Below the pieces are notes generated by a model that was not told where the DNA came from, searched no databases, and was given only the letters and a program-made list of their open reading frames with translations. Of a DNA stretch of 64,000 nt, positions 43,795-55,607 are shown piece by piece. Source of the stretch: Tubulanus polymorphus. Taxonomy: Eukaryota; Animalia; Nemertea. Every line of letters begins with the position of its first letter. Within the stretch, counting starts at the first letter, position 1. The stretch covers positions 3,737,814 through 3,801,813 of the forward strand of contig NC_134034.1 in assembly GCF_964204645.1 (NCBI RefSeq), in the 5' to 3' direction. Made by a program: the position numbers and the translations under genes.

Positions 43795-46700
43795 CTGAAA
43801 AGAACGTAAAACAATATAAGGACTAAATCACGATTGATAAATCACTCCCCGTGTCTCGCTCTCAAGATTCTGGACCCCTTTTGTAGAAAGAACCGGCATT
43901 CTTGAAATTCCGATTCTCCCGCTAATGGTCTACCAATTTTGGCATGGAGCAAGCGACCCAGCGTCACGACCGTTCACTACCGTTTTTGATTACGAGATAA
44001 TTCAGCTCATGATTCACTGATGTAATTTTGAAAACTGATTTGCTAAACTAACTTTTCCTTCCAACCCTCCTGTCATGACGCGTTATGATTAACTCACTCC
44101 TCGGTTATCATCGTTGAGAGAGCAGCTATTCCCCGTGAATTACCAACGGGCGTATACAACAACAGAAACTTTGGAAAACTAACAACAATCATTTTTCACA
44201 AAACTCTAGCGAGTATTACCGTTATTGACTAAAAATGCCCCGCGTGGCGCTCGACGGGTTGAGGGCGTTTAAAAATCTGTATTTGATACGCTTAATAGAT
44301 AATGATAAAACGTGTAATCGAGTAGACCATGACCTTGGTAGCTTTTGGAACTGCGATACATAGACCGCTGGCAAATTCAACGACACCGCAATTGAATGAA
44401 AAAAATATATAGAAAATAAAACTTTAAAGCAGCAAAATTGGTTATCAAATAGAGGGGATTTAGAAATTGATGGATTGCAAATCGTCGTGGATTTCCTGGA
44501 CTCGGTTCCATCACGGCGTCGCAGTTGGGCCCCGGTCGTTTGCGCTCGAACGCAACTACGAAAAGTATGTCAGCTTACTGTAGGCCGGAGTAGAACATGG
44601 GCAAAACTAGCCAGATACGGCTCGCGATGGTTCGTTAGACGTCGGGTATGATGAGCCGGTTATATTATGTCGAACGAATATAACGGCTACTGCTGGCCTA
44701 CTATAATGAGTAGTTAATATCGGATATAAGATATTTTTCTTGAATGAACTTATCTAATACACTCTTTAATTGAAATCTAACTTAGAAAGAACCGTTTATC
44801 TGGGCCTCAAAGAGCTCGAACTACTCACCGTGTGTTCGCTGGTTTCTCGCGTCTGCGGCAGTATGACCGTGACAATACAATTCATACGGTGGTACATCTC
44901 TTAAATTGTTAAAATTGTTTAAACAGCCCGCACACCAAGCATTTTATTATGTGGATTTTGGAAAATATCGAGTGTTTTCTGTCTGGACTGTTAAACATCT
45001 GCCGCCAATTATCATATTACATATAGGCCTATACGTAATCGATATTCACGTGAAATAAATGATTTAACAATTTCTAGCCGCCATTTTCTCAGGGTATTAT
45101 GTTTTCATTTCTCATAATAATTTCTCAAATTTGCAAATCTCAATGAGACGAGAATATGAAATTAAACATAGTATATTGTCACGAATCGTGTTTTGTGGGG
45201 TTTACTGTAGGGGGCGCAGCTGAGCTCAACTAAACCACTGACAAGTAGCTGATACACCTAGTTTCGTTGATGATGATATTTAGGTAAAATCTCGAAAACA
45301 TACTGACGTATGACTAGGTATTCTCCTATTCTATATTTACATTATCTACGGATATACATTATATGCACAGAATAAAGTTAATTCGATGGTTGTCGGACCG
45401 AAAACACTAAATTCAAAATACAACCGATAAAAGTGGAATGATGTGGTTCATTATTTTTTTTTTTGGCGCAAAATATAAGACTGTCTACAATTCTGCTGAT
45501 ATCAAAATGATGGATAACGCGAAGATTATGGATATACATACGAATCAGCGGGGTCAATTTTTCGACACAAGACGGCGATCTATTTTGTTTTCATTTCAAA
45601 TTTGCAATAATTCGATATGCGAGTGGTGTAATGTAACCTTTCTAGCACCCACAGAGAAACACAATGGATAATTTGCAGGTTGGTAGTAAAGCAGAAGTTG
45701 GTAGCTAGGGGTCAGATCGGTAGTGAGAATGTGTGATCTGTGTGCATTTTTGGCCAGCACACAGATCACGACAATCATTAGTCAATTTGGCAGGTTATAT
45801 TTTGCTAATGCGCAAGAAAAATAGCGCAGCGATAGCAATTCATGTTAACGCTATTTTGCCACTGCGGCATTATTACTGATTAGCTAATCTAGAAAATAAA
45901 GGAAAGTGTGGAGAATAGTGCGGAGTTATTCAGCAATTTTCAAGCGTAGCAAGTTTTCACTAGAACACCGAGGCTCGCGGAATGCTTTTGATAAGCCCAA
46001 TTTCAATCGTGAGAAGCATAAAGTTATTTCGACGAAAACATAGAAACTCAGGAACAAATATGAATATGTTTAATTCCGGATACATTGTTTTCGGAAATCA
46101 TGTTGCTCGTATGAGAAACGGGGAAACGATCGAAAAGATATTTCCGTCTCCTATTTTCAAGTTTCCCTGTGTCGTGTGCGTTGGGTCATGGGCTCTAAAA
46201 CGATCAGAGCAGTAATACAGGCACCATCAATATGCAGTCTGGAACCACCAACATGCAGACATTCACCATTTTCTTAACATAAAATGTTGTCGGTTCAGTT
46301 GCGGCGGCGAAAACTTGGTGACGAAAATGTATCGATATCTAATTAGCTACAAACGTTTGATGTTGAAATTTATAATGAAACGTTGAACACCAAAAACAGT
46401 GTATTATTGTATTATGAAAATGTTTTTTGCTTTGTATTTCATTTCTATTTCAAGAACAGGGGCCAGTTGCTCAACAGTTGGTTAAAGATAACTGGTGAAT
46501 GAATACCATTGTAAGACGCATAGTGTCATTGACTGTAGAAAACTCAGATGAATGTAGACCTTATTTACTGACGTTATATGTTAAATTCCACACGCGCTTT
46601 ATTGCCATATTGACCGCCACCAACCGCGCAAAACTATTGCAAATTTGAGAAATGAATATGAGAAATGAAAACAAAATTACCATAATATAATGGCGGCTAG

Positions 46701-46842
46701 CAACTGGTAAATGATTTATTTAACATGAATATCGAATACTGTAATGATAAATGACGGCAGATGTTTAACAGTCCAGACAGAAAACACTCGATAATTCAAT
46801 GTCATTTAGGTGCAATTCTCGCTCCAAATGAACAACAAAATC

Positions 46843-47024
46843 CACTTAAAATAAAATGTATGTAAAACTTGATAATAGATCGCGTGATCTAGTTGATACG
46901 TTCATGGTATAAGCGTTTGTGTGTGCTTAGCGCTCCCACGCACACGTGGAGGCCTTGTGTAGTGTGTTAAACAGCCCGCACGCGATCGATTATCAAGGCT
47001 TTACATTACATTTTATTTTAAGTG
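46843..47024. repeat. Inverted repeat (~45-bp arms) inside the spacer of the large inverted duplication
   Basis: CACTTAAAATAAAATGTATGTAAAACTTGATAATAGATCGCGTG ... CACGCGATCGATTATCAAGGCTTTACATTACATTTTATTTTAAGTG. Confidence 0.75.
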
Positions 47025-49455
47025 TAAAAGTACAAAACATGTAGACCCTCGAATCATATTGTTTCAATCTGATACAATTTCGATGATTTCATGCATTCAG
47101 AATAAGACTAACATTGAGAAAACTATTTACATTTCACGAACAAAATGCACGGGACAGGATACAATGCATTTAACAGGAAAAAGTAATATATTTTAGAACT
47201 GGCTCCGAACGTCCGTTTTATGTGTTACAGCATGACCGCCAAAATTCTCAATATTGTAATTGTTGTTTCGAAACTCCATTAATGGTGACGTAGTTGGTGA
47301 CTCACACAATAAATAACACAGTATTTGCCGATGTATAAAAGCTTTATTGTGAAAACTTTAATTTGCAGTATCAAAAATTCGCGGTTGGTGGCGGTCAATA
47401 TAGCAATAAAACGCGTGTGGAATTTAACATATAACGTCAGTAAATAAGGTCTACATTCATCTGAGTTTTCTACAGTCAATGACACTATGCGTCTTACAAT
47501 GGTATTTATTCACCGGTTATCTTTAACCAACTGTTGAGCAACTGGTCCCTGTTCTTGAAATAGAAATGAAATACAAAGCAATAAACATTTTCATAATACA
47601 ATAATACACTGTTTTTGGTGTTCAACGTTTCATTATAAATTTCACCATCAAACATTGGTAGCTAATTAGATATCGATACATTTTCGTCCCCAAGTTTTCG
47701 CCGCCGCAACTGAACCGACAACATTTTATGTTAAGAAAATGGTGAATGTCTGCAGGTTGGTGGTTACATGATCACACATTCTCACTACCGATCTGACCCC
47801 TAGCTACCAACTTCTGCTTTACTACCAACCTTCCAATTATCCATTGCGTTTCTCTGTGGGTGCTAGAAAGGTTACATTACATCACTCGCATATCGAATTA
47901 TTGCAAATTTGAGAATTGAATATGAGAAATGAAAACAAAATAGATCGCCGTCTTGTGTCGAAAAATTGACCCCGCTGATTCGTATGTATTTCCATAATCT
48001 TCGCGTTATCCATCATTTTGATATTAGCATAATTGTAGACAGTGTTATCAGTAAACCCCACAAAACACGATTCGTGACAATATACTACGTTTAATTTTAT
48101 TTTCTCGTCTCATTGAGATTTGAAAATTTGAGAAATGATTATGAGAAATGAAAAGAAAATACCCTAAGGAAATGGCGGCTAGAAATTGTTAAACCATTTA
48201 TTTCACGTGAATATCGATTACGTATATGTGTAATATTATAATTGGCGGCAGATGTTTAACAGTCCAGACAGAAAACACTCGATATTTTCCAAAATCCACA
48301 TAATAAAATGCTTGGTTTGCGGGCTGTTTAAACAATTTAAACGATTTAAGAGATGTATCAACGTATGAATTGTATTGTCACGGTCATACTGCCGCAGACG
48401 CGAGAAACCAGCGAACACACGGTGAGTAGTTCGAGCTCTTTGAGGCCCAGATTAACGGGACTTTCTAAGTTAGATTTCCATTGAAGAGTGTATTAGATAA
48501 GTTCATTCGAGAAAAATATCTTATATCCGATATTAACTACTCATAAGTAGGCTAGTAGCCGTTATATCCGTTCGACATAAAATAACCGGCTCATCATACC
48601 CGACGTCTAACGAACAATCGCGAGCCGTATCTGGCTAGTTTTGCCCATGTTCTACTCCGGCCTACAGTAAGCTGACATACTTTTCGTAGTTGCATTCGAG
48701 CGCAACCGACCTGGGCCCAGCTGCGACGCCGTGATGGAACCGAGTCCAGGAAATCCACGACGATTTGCAATCCATTAATTTCTAATTCCCCTCTATTTGA
48801 TAACCAATTTTGCTGCTTTAAAGTTTTGTTTTCTATATATTTTTTTCATTCAATTGCGGTGTCGTTGAATTTACCAGCGGTCTATGTATCGCAGTTCCAA
48901 AAGCTACCAACGTCATGGTCTACTCGATTACACGTTTTATCATAATCTATTAAGCGTATCAAATACAGATTTTTAAACGCCCTCAACCCGTCGAGCGCCA
49001 CGCGGGGCATTTTTAGTCAATAACGGTAATACTCGCTAGAGTTTTGTGAAAAATAATTGTTGTTAGTTTTCCAAAGTTTCTGTTGTTGTATACGTCCGTT
49101 GGTAATTCACGGGGAATAGCTGCTCTCTCAACGATGATAACCGAGGAGTGAGTTAATCATAACTCGTCATGACAGGAGGGTTGGAAGGAAAAGTTAGTTT
49201 AGCAAATCAGTTTTCAAAATTATTTTACATCAGTGAATCATGAGCTAAATTATTTCGTAATCAAAAACGGTAGTGAACGGTCGTGACGCTGGGTCGCTTG
49301 CTCCATGCCAAATTTGGTAGACCATTAGCGGGAGAATCGGAATTTTAAGAATGCCGGTTCTTTCTACAAAAGGGGTCCAGAATCTTGAGAGCGAGACACG
49401 GGAATTGATTTATCAATCGTGATTTAGTCCTAATATTGTTTTACGTTCTTTTCAG

Positions 49456-50868
49456 ATGAAACTTCTTGTCGGAATAATAATTGGTATGTATAGATCATGC
49501 AGACTAAATGTTATCTCTCCTGGCGGGTGATTTGAACGGCAGGTGACACTAAGACTGCGCGGCAGTATAGTCCGTTTAAATCGCTACTGAACAATAATCT
49601 GAAGGTTTTGCGCTGTAAAAAAGAGTTTATGATGTCATCATGATAACAAACCTGCTGTGCGAGGATTGCCGGACTGGTTATACCTACACAATAGCTCCTC
49701 AAACTGCATCAACTTCTTTCCATTAATAACTGTCATAGTTTCTTTATCTACTTTATTTACTAACATAAGATGCCACACTACGATCTTATTGGGATGGGGG
49801 TGGCCTTAAACCGTCATATTAACGCAATAATTTCGAGTAATGATTCAAAAGAATTACGTACCGGTACGTAGCCAGTTTCTTAAGATAATAATATAGAGCC
49901 TTTTATAAACAGCGATTAAACATTTTCTCATTTTCATTTGAGCAATCCTGTTCGTGAGCGACGTGATTGGTGTAATAGTCGAAAAGACTGGGCCAGAAAC
50001 TTCGACTGCTGATGACGCCATCAGTGAGGTCACGTGTCCGGAAGGTTCTTTCGTCGTCCGATGCAGTTGCTCCTCGGAAATCGATTGCGATGCGAACATA
50101 GTGATCGGATACAATATGTGTAGAGTGAATCATAGCTTTGATAGACCTCCAGTCAAGGTACTTACATATTCAACTTGTGTTGCACGCAATATGCGTTTGT
50201 GCGTGTGTGTATACGAAACGTTGCGTACAAGTAAATACATGTTCAAGTAAATACTTGAGTGATGGGTCTAGATGGGAGACCTAGTGTAGTATTTTGTTAC
50301 TTAGATAGATATACATTCACGGATAGTTTTCTTTTCCAGGCAATCGCCACGTGTGAAACTCTCTATCACGTTGTCCAAACGACTGACTATTCCAGAACAC
50401 CGACTATCACATGTCCCGACGGTTTCGTCGTCAGTTCTTGCGGCTTAGATAACCCGTGAGTATTCATATCATTCTCCTCCACTCGATGACTGTCGAATCG
50501 GTCGACCACTCCTCGTCGATAGATTTGACTTAATCCATTTAGAACCATCTCCTTTTCCCGGTGCTACGTAAGCTCGATGCAGCTATATGAAAACGTCTCC
50601 GAGTCCCCTGATTCAGAATGATCTCGTAATATACCAAAATATATCTTAATATATGCTTACCAAATATTTCACTTATAGTACTTTTGATTTCCCACAAATC
50701 GATCCCAATATCTTGAATGTTTAATTTTTCAGATGGCAGCAGGATGATTCCTATTCATTGACAGCAATGAAATCCGACAAGAATACATGCGTAGTATCTG
50801 GTAAATGTAACGGCAGACTTGGTTGTAAGATACAGGCTGTTTGTGTAAATCCAAAAATATTACAGTGA
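49456..50868 (+). CDS. Secreted Cys-rich protein, 164 aa, two PCSK9-C-terminal/resistin-like modules (right copy); coding exons 49456-49483, 49943-50157, 50340-50455, 50733-50868; upstream exon ending at 48421
   Basis: Same structure as the left copy; 12 Cys; ends VCVNPKILQ-TGA. Confidence 0.8.
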
Positions 50869-51340
50869 GATGACAAGACGAAACAAATAATGTAAAAGCC
50901 GAAATAAATATTCCATTTACATTTATTCGAGACCTATGCACCAGTGATAATGTTTTGCTTGCTGTTGAGCGCTGGTGTACTGCGAACTTTCCGTTATTTT
51001 TGTCGTATCTGCCGATTATTCGGCTGGGATTCGAACCTGGCGGATGACGCCAAGATTGCACGGACACCCAATCCTAATGTACCGGACCAAGTCGATAATA
51101 TTGTGCAGCTTTGCCGCGAAAGAAACACGGATGCACCTAGAGATTGTCGACATAACAAGGCAAATATTCATTGCTCGATTGGAAACGTGCCTTTTGAGCG
51201 GGAACCTGTTATATAAATATATTGGGAAGTGAAATAGACGAACGAAGGCTAATGCGGCAAAGGTTTCTTTCTGTTGGCGTGAGCTTTGAAACCCTGGCAA
51301 GCGAGAAAAATACTTTGCCTGCCATTAGGTTCCCTTTCTA

Positions 51341-54300
51341 GTTTCAGTTTCAGTTTAGTTCATTCACTCCACAAGTTATAATAACATTGCACAGAGCACA
51401 AAAGTAGCGCATAGATTACAGCATATTACAAAAAATATAATGATATTGTTAATAATAATTATATTTATAATAATAACAATTATGATTATAGTAAAAATAA
51501 TAATAATAGTGATAGCAGTAATATAATACTTATAATAATAATAATTATAATTATAATGAAATTATAATGCAAAAGATGAGGCGGAATTGTAGTATCGAGA
51601 TCCGATAATTATACACTATATTAGGTAAATGATTTGATACCTTTTTTAATGAATATCGCCAGATTGAGCAAAGTTTTACCTCTCGAACAGAAAAGGTTAT
51701 GTAAGGTATTTTCATTGGGATGTCGCCAGTAGTAACTAGGTATAAATTTGTTTCTCAGGCTTTGAAAAAAGGGACATACTAAAAGAAAATGGAATTCGTC
51801 TCCAGTTGCTGCCAAATGAAATTTCTGACAAATTCTATGCTTTCGCTCAATCTGGCGATATCTACCGATTTCAATAGGTAACTTATGGTTCGAGCATCTG
51901 AATCGACACAAGGCTAGGCGGAGACTGGGGGGTAATTTGGTCAGGTACTCTTCGAATTTAAAACAGTTTTTAAAACGCTTGTAGGTTAAGCAAATTTGGT
52001 GTTTCGTTGACCTTGGAGTACCAGCGTTGTGCTTACTGATCCATGAGCCTCTGTTTCAAAATACTATAAAGATAATTAGCACTGGGTACAGATTGAGTTT
52101 CCCTAGCGTGGCCGAGACCATTTTTTACAAGAATATTTTTAACATTAAGAATCCAAGCGTTACCCCGACCGCCGTGGTGCGTTTGATAGATATATTTGTA
52201 CATAAAAGAAGAGAAATGTTCAGTCTGATTTATCAATTTTGTCCAAAATTTAACGATTCTCAATTTAACATAAATCTCTAAAGGATAGCGCCCAAGCTCA
52301 CCGTAAATGAATACACTAGACGTAGACCTTTTCAATCTGAGTAAATATTTAAAAAATTGTAGCTGAACACGCTCGAGTACCTGTGTGTTCTCATATCCCC
52401 AAATTTCACAGCCAAACAGCAATATAGGTAATACCATACTATCATAAAGTTTCAAGGTCAGATCTAGGTCTAATGAATGTTCACTTGAATTTTTTAATAC
52501 AAAAAATACCGCTTTCATAGCTTGTTCCGAAAGAGTTTTACGACATTGTGTGAACGATCCAGTGTATGAAAAGAGAACACCCAGGTACTTGAATTTATCA
52601 ACTATTTCTAATTTGTGACCATTAATGTAAAATTCTGGTAAGATTCTTAATCTTCTTTTCGAGAAGATGATGACCTTTGTCTTGTCATTATTAATTGAAA
52701 GTTTCCATTCTTGGCAATATTCACAGAGATTATCTATAAGTTTTTGGAGTCCCTCGGGCGAATCACTTAATAAAACCGTGTCATCTGCATACATGAGAAT
52801 TAAAAGTTGGAACCATGGCACATTGTTAGGTCCGAAAAAATTTAGGGTTGGACTATTTCGTTCTAATAGATAGCTTTCCAGGTCGTTTAAAAAGATAGAA
52901 AATAATATAGGAGACAGATTTTCACCTTGTCTTACCCCTAAATAGCTATCAAAAAAATCTGACATTTTATTATCGGAAAAAACACATGAGTTGATACCTT
53001 GATACATTTTATGTATAACGTTAAGTACTTTGCCAGTGACACCACTGTTAATTAGTTTGTGCCACAAGGCCTTTCTCCAGATAGAGTCGAAGGCTTTTTT
53101 ATAATCTATGAAAATACAATAGAGTTTTTGATTGTTGTTTAGGAAGGTGTCGACTAGAGCCTTGAGGGTAAATACGTGGTCCATAATGCTATGATTCTTC
53201 CTGAAACCGGCCTGGTTCTGTAGCAAAAGATTGTTAATTTCTAAGTACTCGGTAAATTCTTTCGTTGATAATACTAGTGAATAGTTTGCCAATATTGCTT
53301 AAAAGGGTGATTCCCCTATAATTATCGGGGTCCTTTTCGCTACCTTTTTGTTTAAAGAAAGGGACAATGATGCCTTTCAGCCATGACTCTGGAATAGTGC
53401 CTGTATCGAGAGCATTATTAAAAAGGTTTACTAATAAAGGTAGTAGTGATTCTTCGGCACTTTTGAGGAACTCATTCGGTATCCCATCGATACCACAGGC
53501 CTTGAAATTTTTTTGCTTTTTAATGCATTTTGAGATTTCTTCCCTAGAGAACGGTTGATTCAAAGGGCCATGGTCAAAGTTACTACCTATAAATTCATCA
53601 ACGTTATTTAATAGAGGTTCGTTTCCGTTTAAAACTGGGCTTTCATTCATAGATTTGAAATGTTGGAAGAGATCGGAGTTCGGAACTTTGCACGAATTGT
53701 TATCTGATTTTTTGAATAGTTTCCAAAATGTATGAGGGTCAGAGTTTGATAGTTGTCTAATTTTCCTGCTAAATTCTTGCCTTTTGTCGTTTTTCCATTT
53801 GTTAATAGTTTTTTTTATATTTACGAAAGGCACGATTCATTTCAAAATGATTATTTCTAGTGCGCAGGCTTAGGTACAAACGTTTGGCACGGCGATAGTC
53901 AGACCTCGCTAGTCTAACTGTTACGTTGTTAGTGGCTTTAACGGCTGACCGCGGTTTGGATTTACGTTTCAAAACCCGCTTACCCATGACGTTACCAGCT
54001 GTGGTTAACGATATATTACAAAGCCTGTCGTTGGCCTCGTTTGCATTTAATGTGTTGTTTGCGAGACATTCACTGATACTATTGAGAAGAGGCATTTCCC
54101 TTTCTAAGGACTGAACAAATTGATCCTTCAGATCTGGCTTCCAATTAACTTTCTCTTGACAGTTTTCACTGGCGTCCACAGAGGCCAGGTCTGGAATTTC
54201 GATCTTAAAACTGAACTCTGCAATTAGACCACTGTGGACGTCAGAGAAAAGCTTTTCGAATTCTAAAACCTGGAACAGTCTTACAGAACTGATCAAATGA

Positions 54301-55299
54301 GGGGATGCGATCATGTAATCTACTATATGTTTAATTTCGCCTTTATGACACGTATAGTCACCGGTCAATCGATCGGGAGCTATCCTGCCGTTCAAAATAA
54401 TAATACTATAGTTTTTACACAGTTCTACTAAACGGGACCAATAGTTATTCACCGAGAGATCTTTAGTTTTGCGTCTTAATATGTCATAACTGGAAAGCAC
54501 CTGTTCACAAGTATAGGTTTCTAAAAGAAGCTCGTTGTCAAGGTCTGATCCAACAGTTAGATCCAATGTAGTTTTCTGGTGAGTTGTAGTCTAAGGGTGC
54601 TCCGGTATAGGCGTTAAAGTCACCGCATAATAATAAAAAGGATTCTGTTCTATTAAATTTTTCGAGAATATCGATATTTAATGCATTAAAGCAGTCTACT
54701 CCGCCAAATTTACTGGTTTCTGGTGGTAAGTATACAGCCCCTATTTGTAGATTTTTATCTTTGTCAATTATATGCTTGTCTACAAGTAGCCATAATACAT
54801 AATTACAAGAACTTTTGATAATAGTTACATGAGGAGCTAAAATATTGCTTTTCGCAATCGCTATGCCACCGGACCGGAATGAAGATAGTTTCTCACGATT
54901 TTTTAAGAATACAGTATACCCCAAATTGTTGAAGAAGTTCTTAGCCCAGGCCTCATCTGTATCGTTAAGCTTCGTTTCGGTCAGGATTATTATGTCATGT
55001 GATTTAATCAGCGATTGAAACTCGGGAATATGTTCTTTGCTTTTTAAGCCGCATACATTTATAGTTAATGTCGATAACTTAGTCGAAATATGCTCTGTGG
55101 TCTCCTGTTATGCCTCAACCGAGGGGGGAGCTTCACGATTAGCTTCGGTAGGGATGAATTGGTCCGCGTTCATGTCTAATACCACGCGCGCTTCTTCCAA
55201 GGCTGCGCCCACGTTTACAGTTTCGTCCGATGCAATGCGTGGCCGTTTCGGCTCGGGTTTCCTAGACGTGCGCTTGGCCGTTTGTCTAGAGGGCAAGTC
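51341..55299 (-). mobile_element. 5'-truncated RTE-X-like LINE: ORF1 tail, frameshifted ORF2 (AP endonuclease + RT + C-terminal Cys/His motif), (AACTGA)n tail
   Basis: EN motifs SGGIAI, VYLPP, GDFNA, VDYM, SDVH; RT motifs NYRGITLL, FIDYKKAFD, GVRQGENLSP, MYADD, YLG; C-terminal FRCSNH.L.IEIGRY...GDEFHFLLVCP; TCTA at both junctions. LINE identity is firm, clade is tentative. Confidence 0.92.
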
Positions 55300-55386
55300 T
55301 CTAAGAGATGCAGTTTTTGAGGAAGAGTTTTCGTTTTGTCATGCATGGCGTATGGTATATAAAGGAAGCAAGGAGGCAAGAAGCAA

Positions 55387-55581
55387 AGTTTGTTTGTTTG
55401 CCCCTATTTAATAGATTAACCCTATTACATTTTTCATTTAACCTCACGACAGGACGGCCTACGAAGTGTTACCCGAACACTGTGTACGCAGTCAGCAGGA
55501 CTCGAACCCGCTTGTCACTCAGCACGGCCGGATAAATGGATACTACCGCATCACGCCTTATCCAACTGAGCTACCGAGGGC
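55387..55581 (-). mobile_element. tRNA-derived SINE (right-arm copy)
   Basis: Reverse-complement homolog of 41519-41724 with A and B boxes intact. Confidence 0.75.
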
Positions 55582-55607
55582 GCTGTTCCCAGTTTGAAGT
55601 ACGTAGA

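Noticed and set aside
48352-48421. In-frame upstream ATGs in the first exon extending the secreted protein
   Set aside because: They would place a polar 19-23-aa leader before a typical signal peptide starting at 49456; treated as 5' UTR, though not excluded.
41437-51340. Inverted duplication as a pure fold-back read artefact
   Set aside because: The arms differ by many substitutions, large indels and two LINE insertions, which a fold-back chimera would not produce; a haplotype mis-join still needs read-level exclusion.
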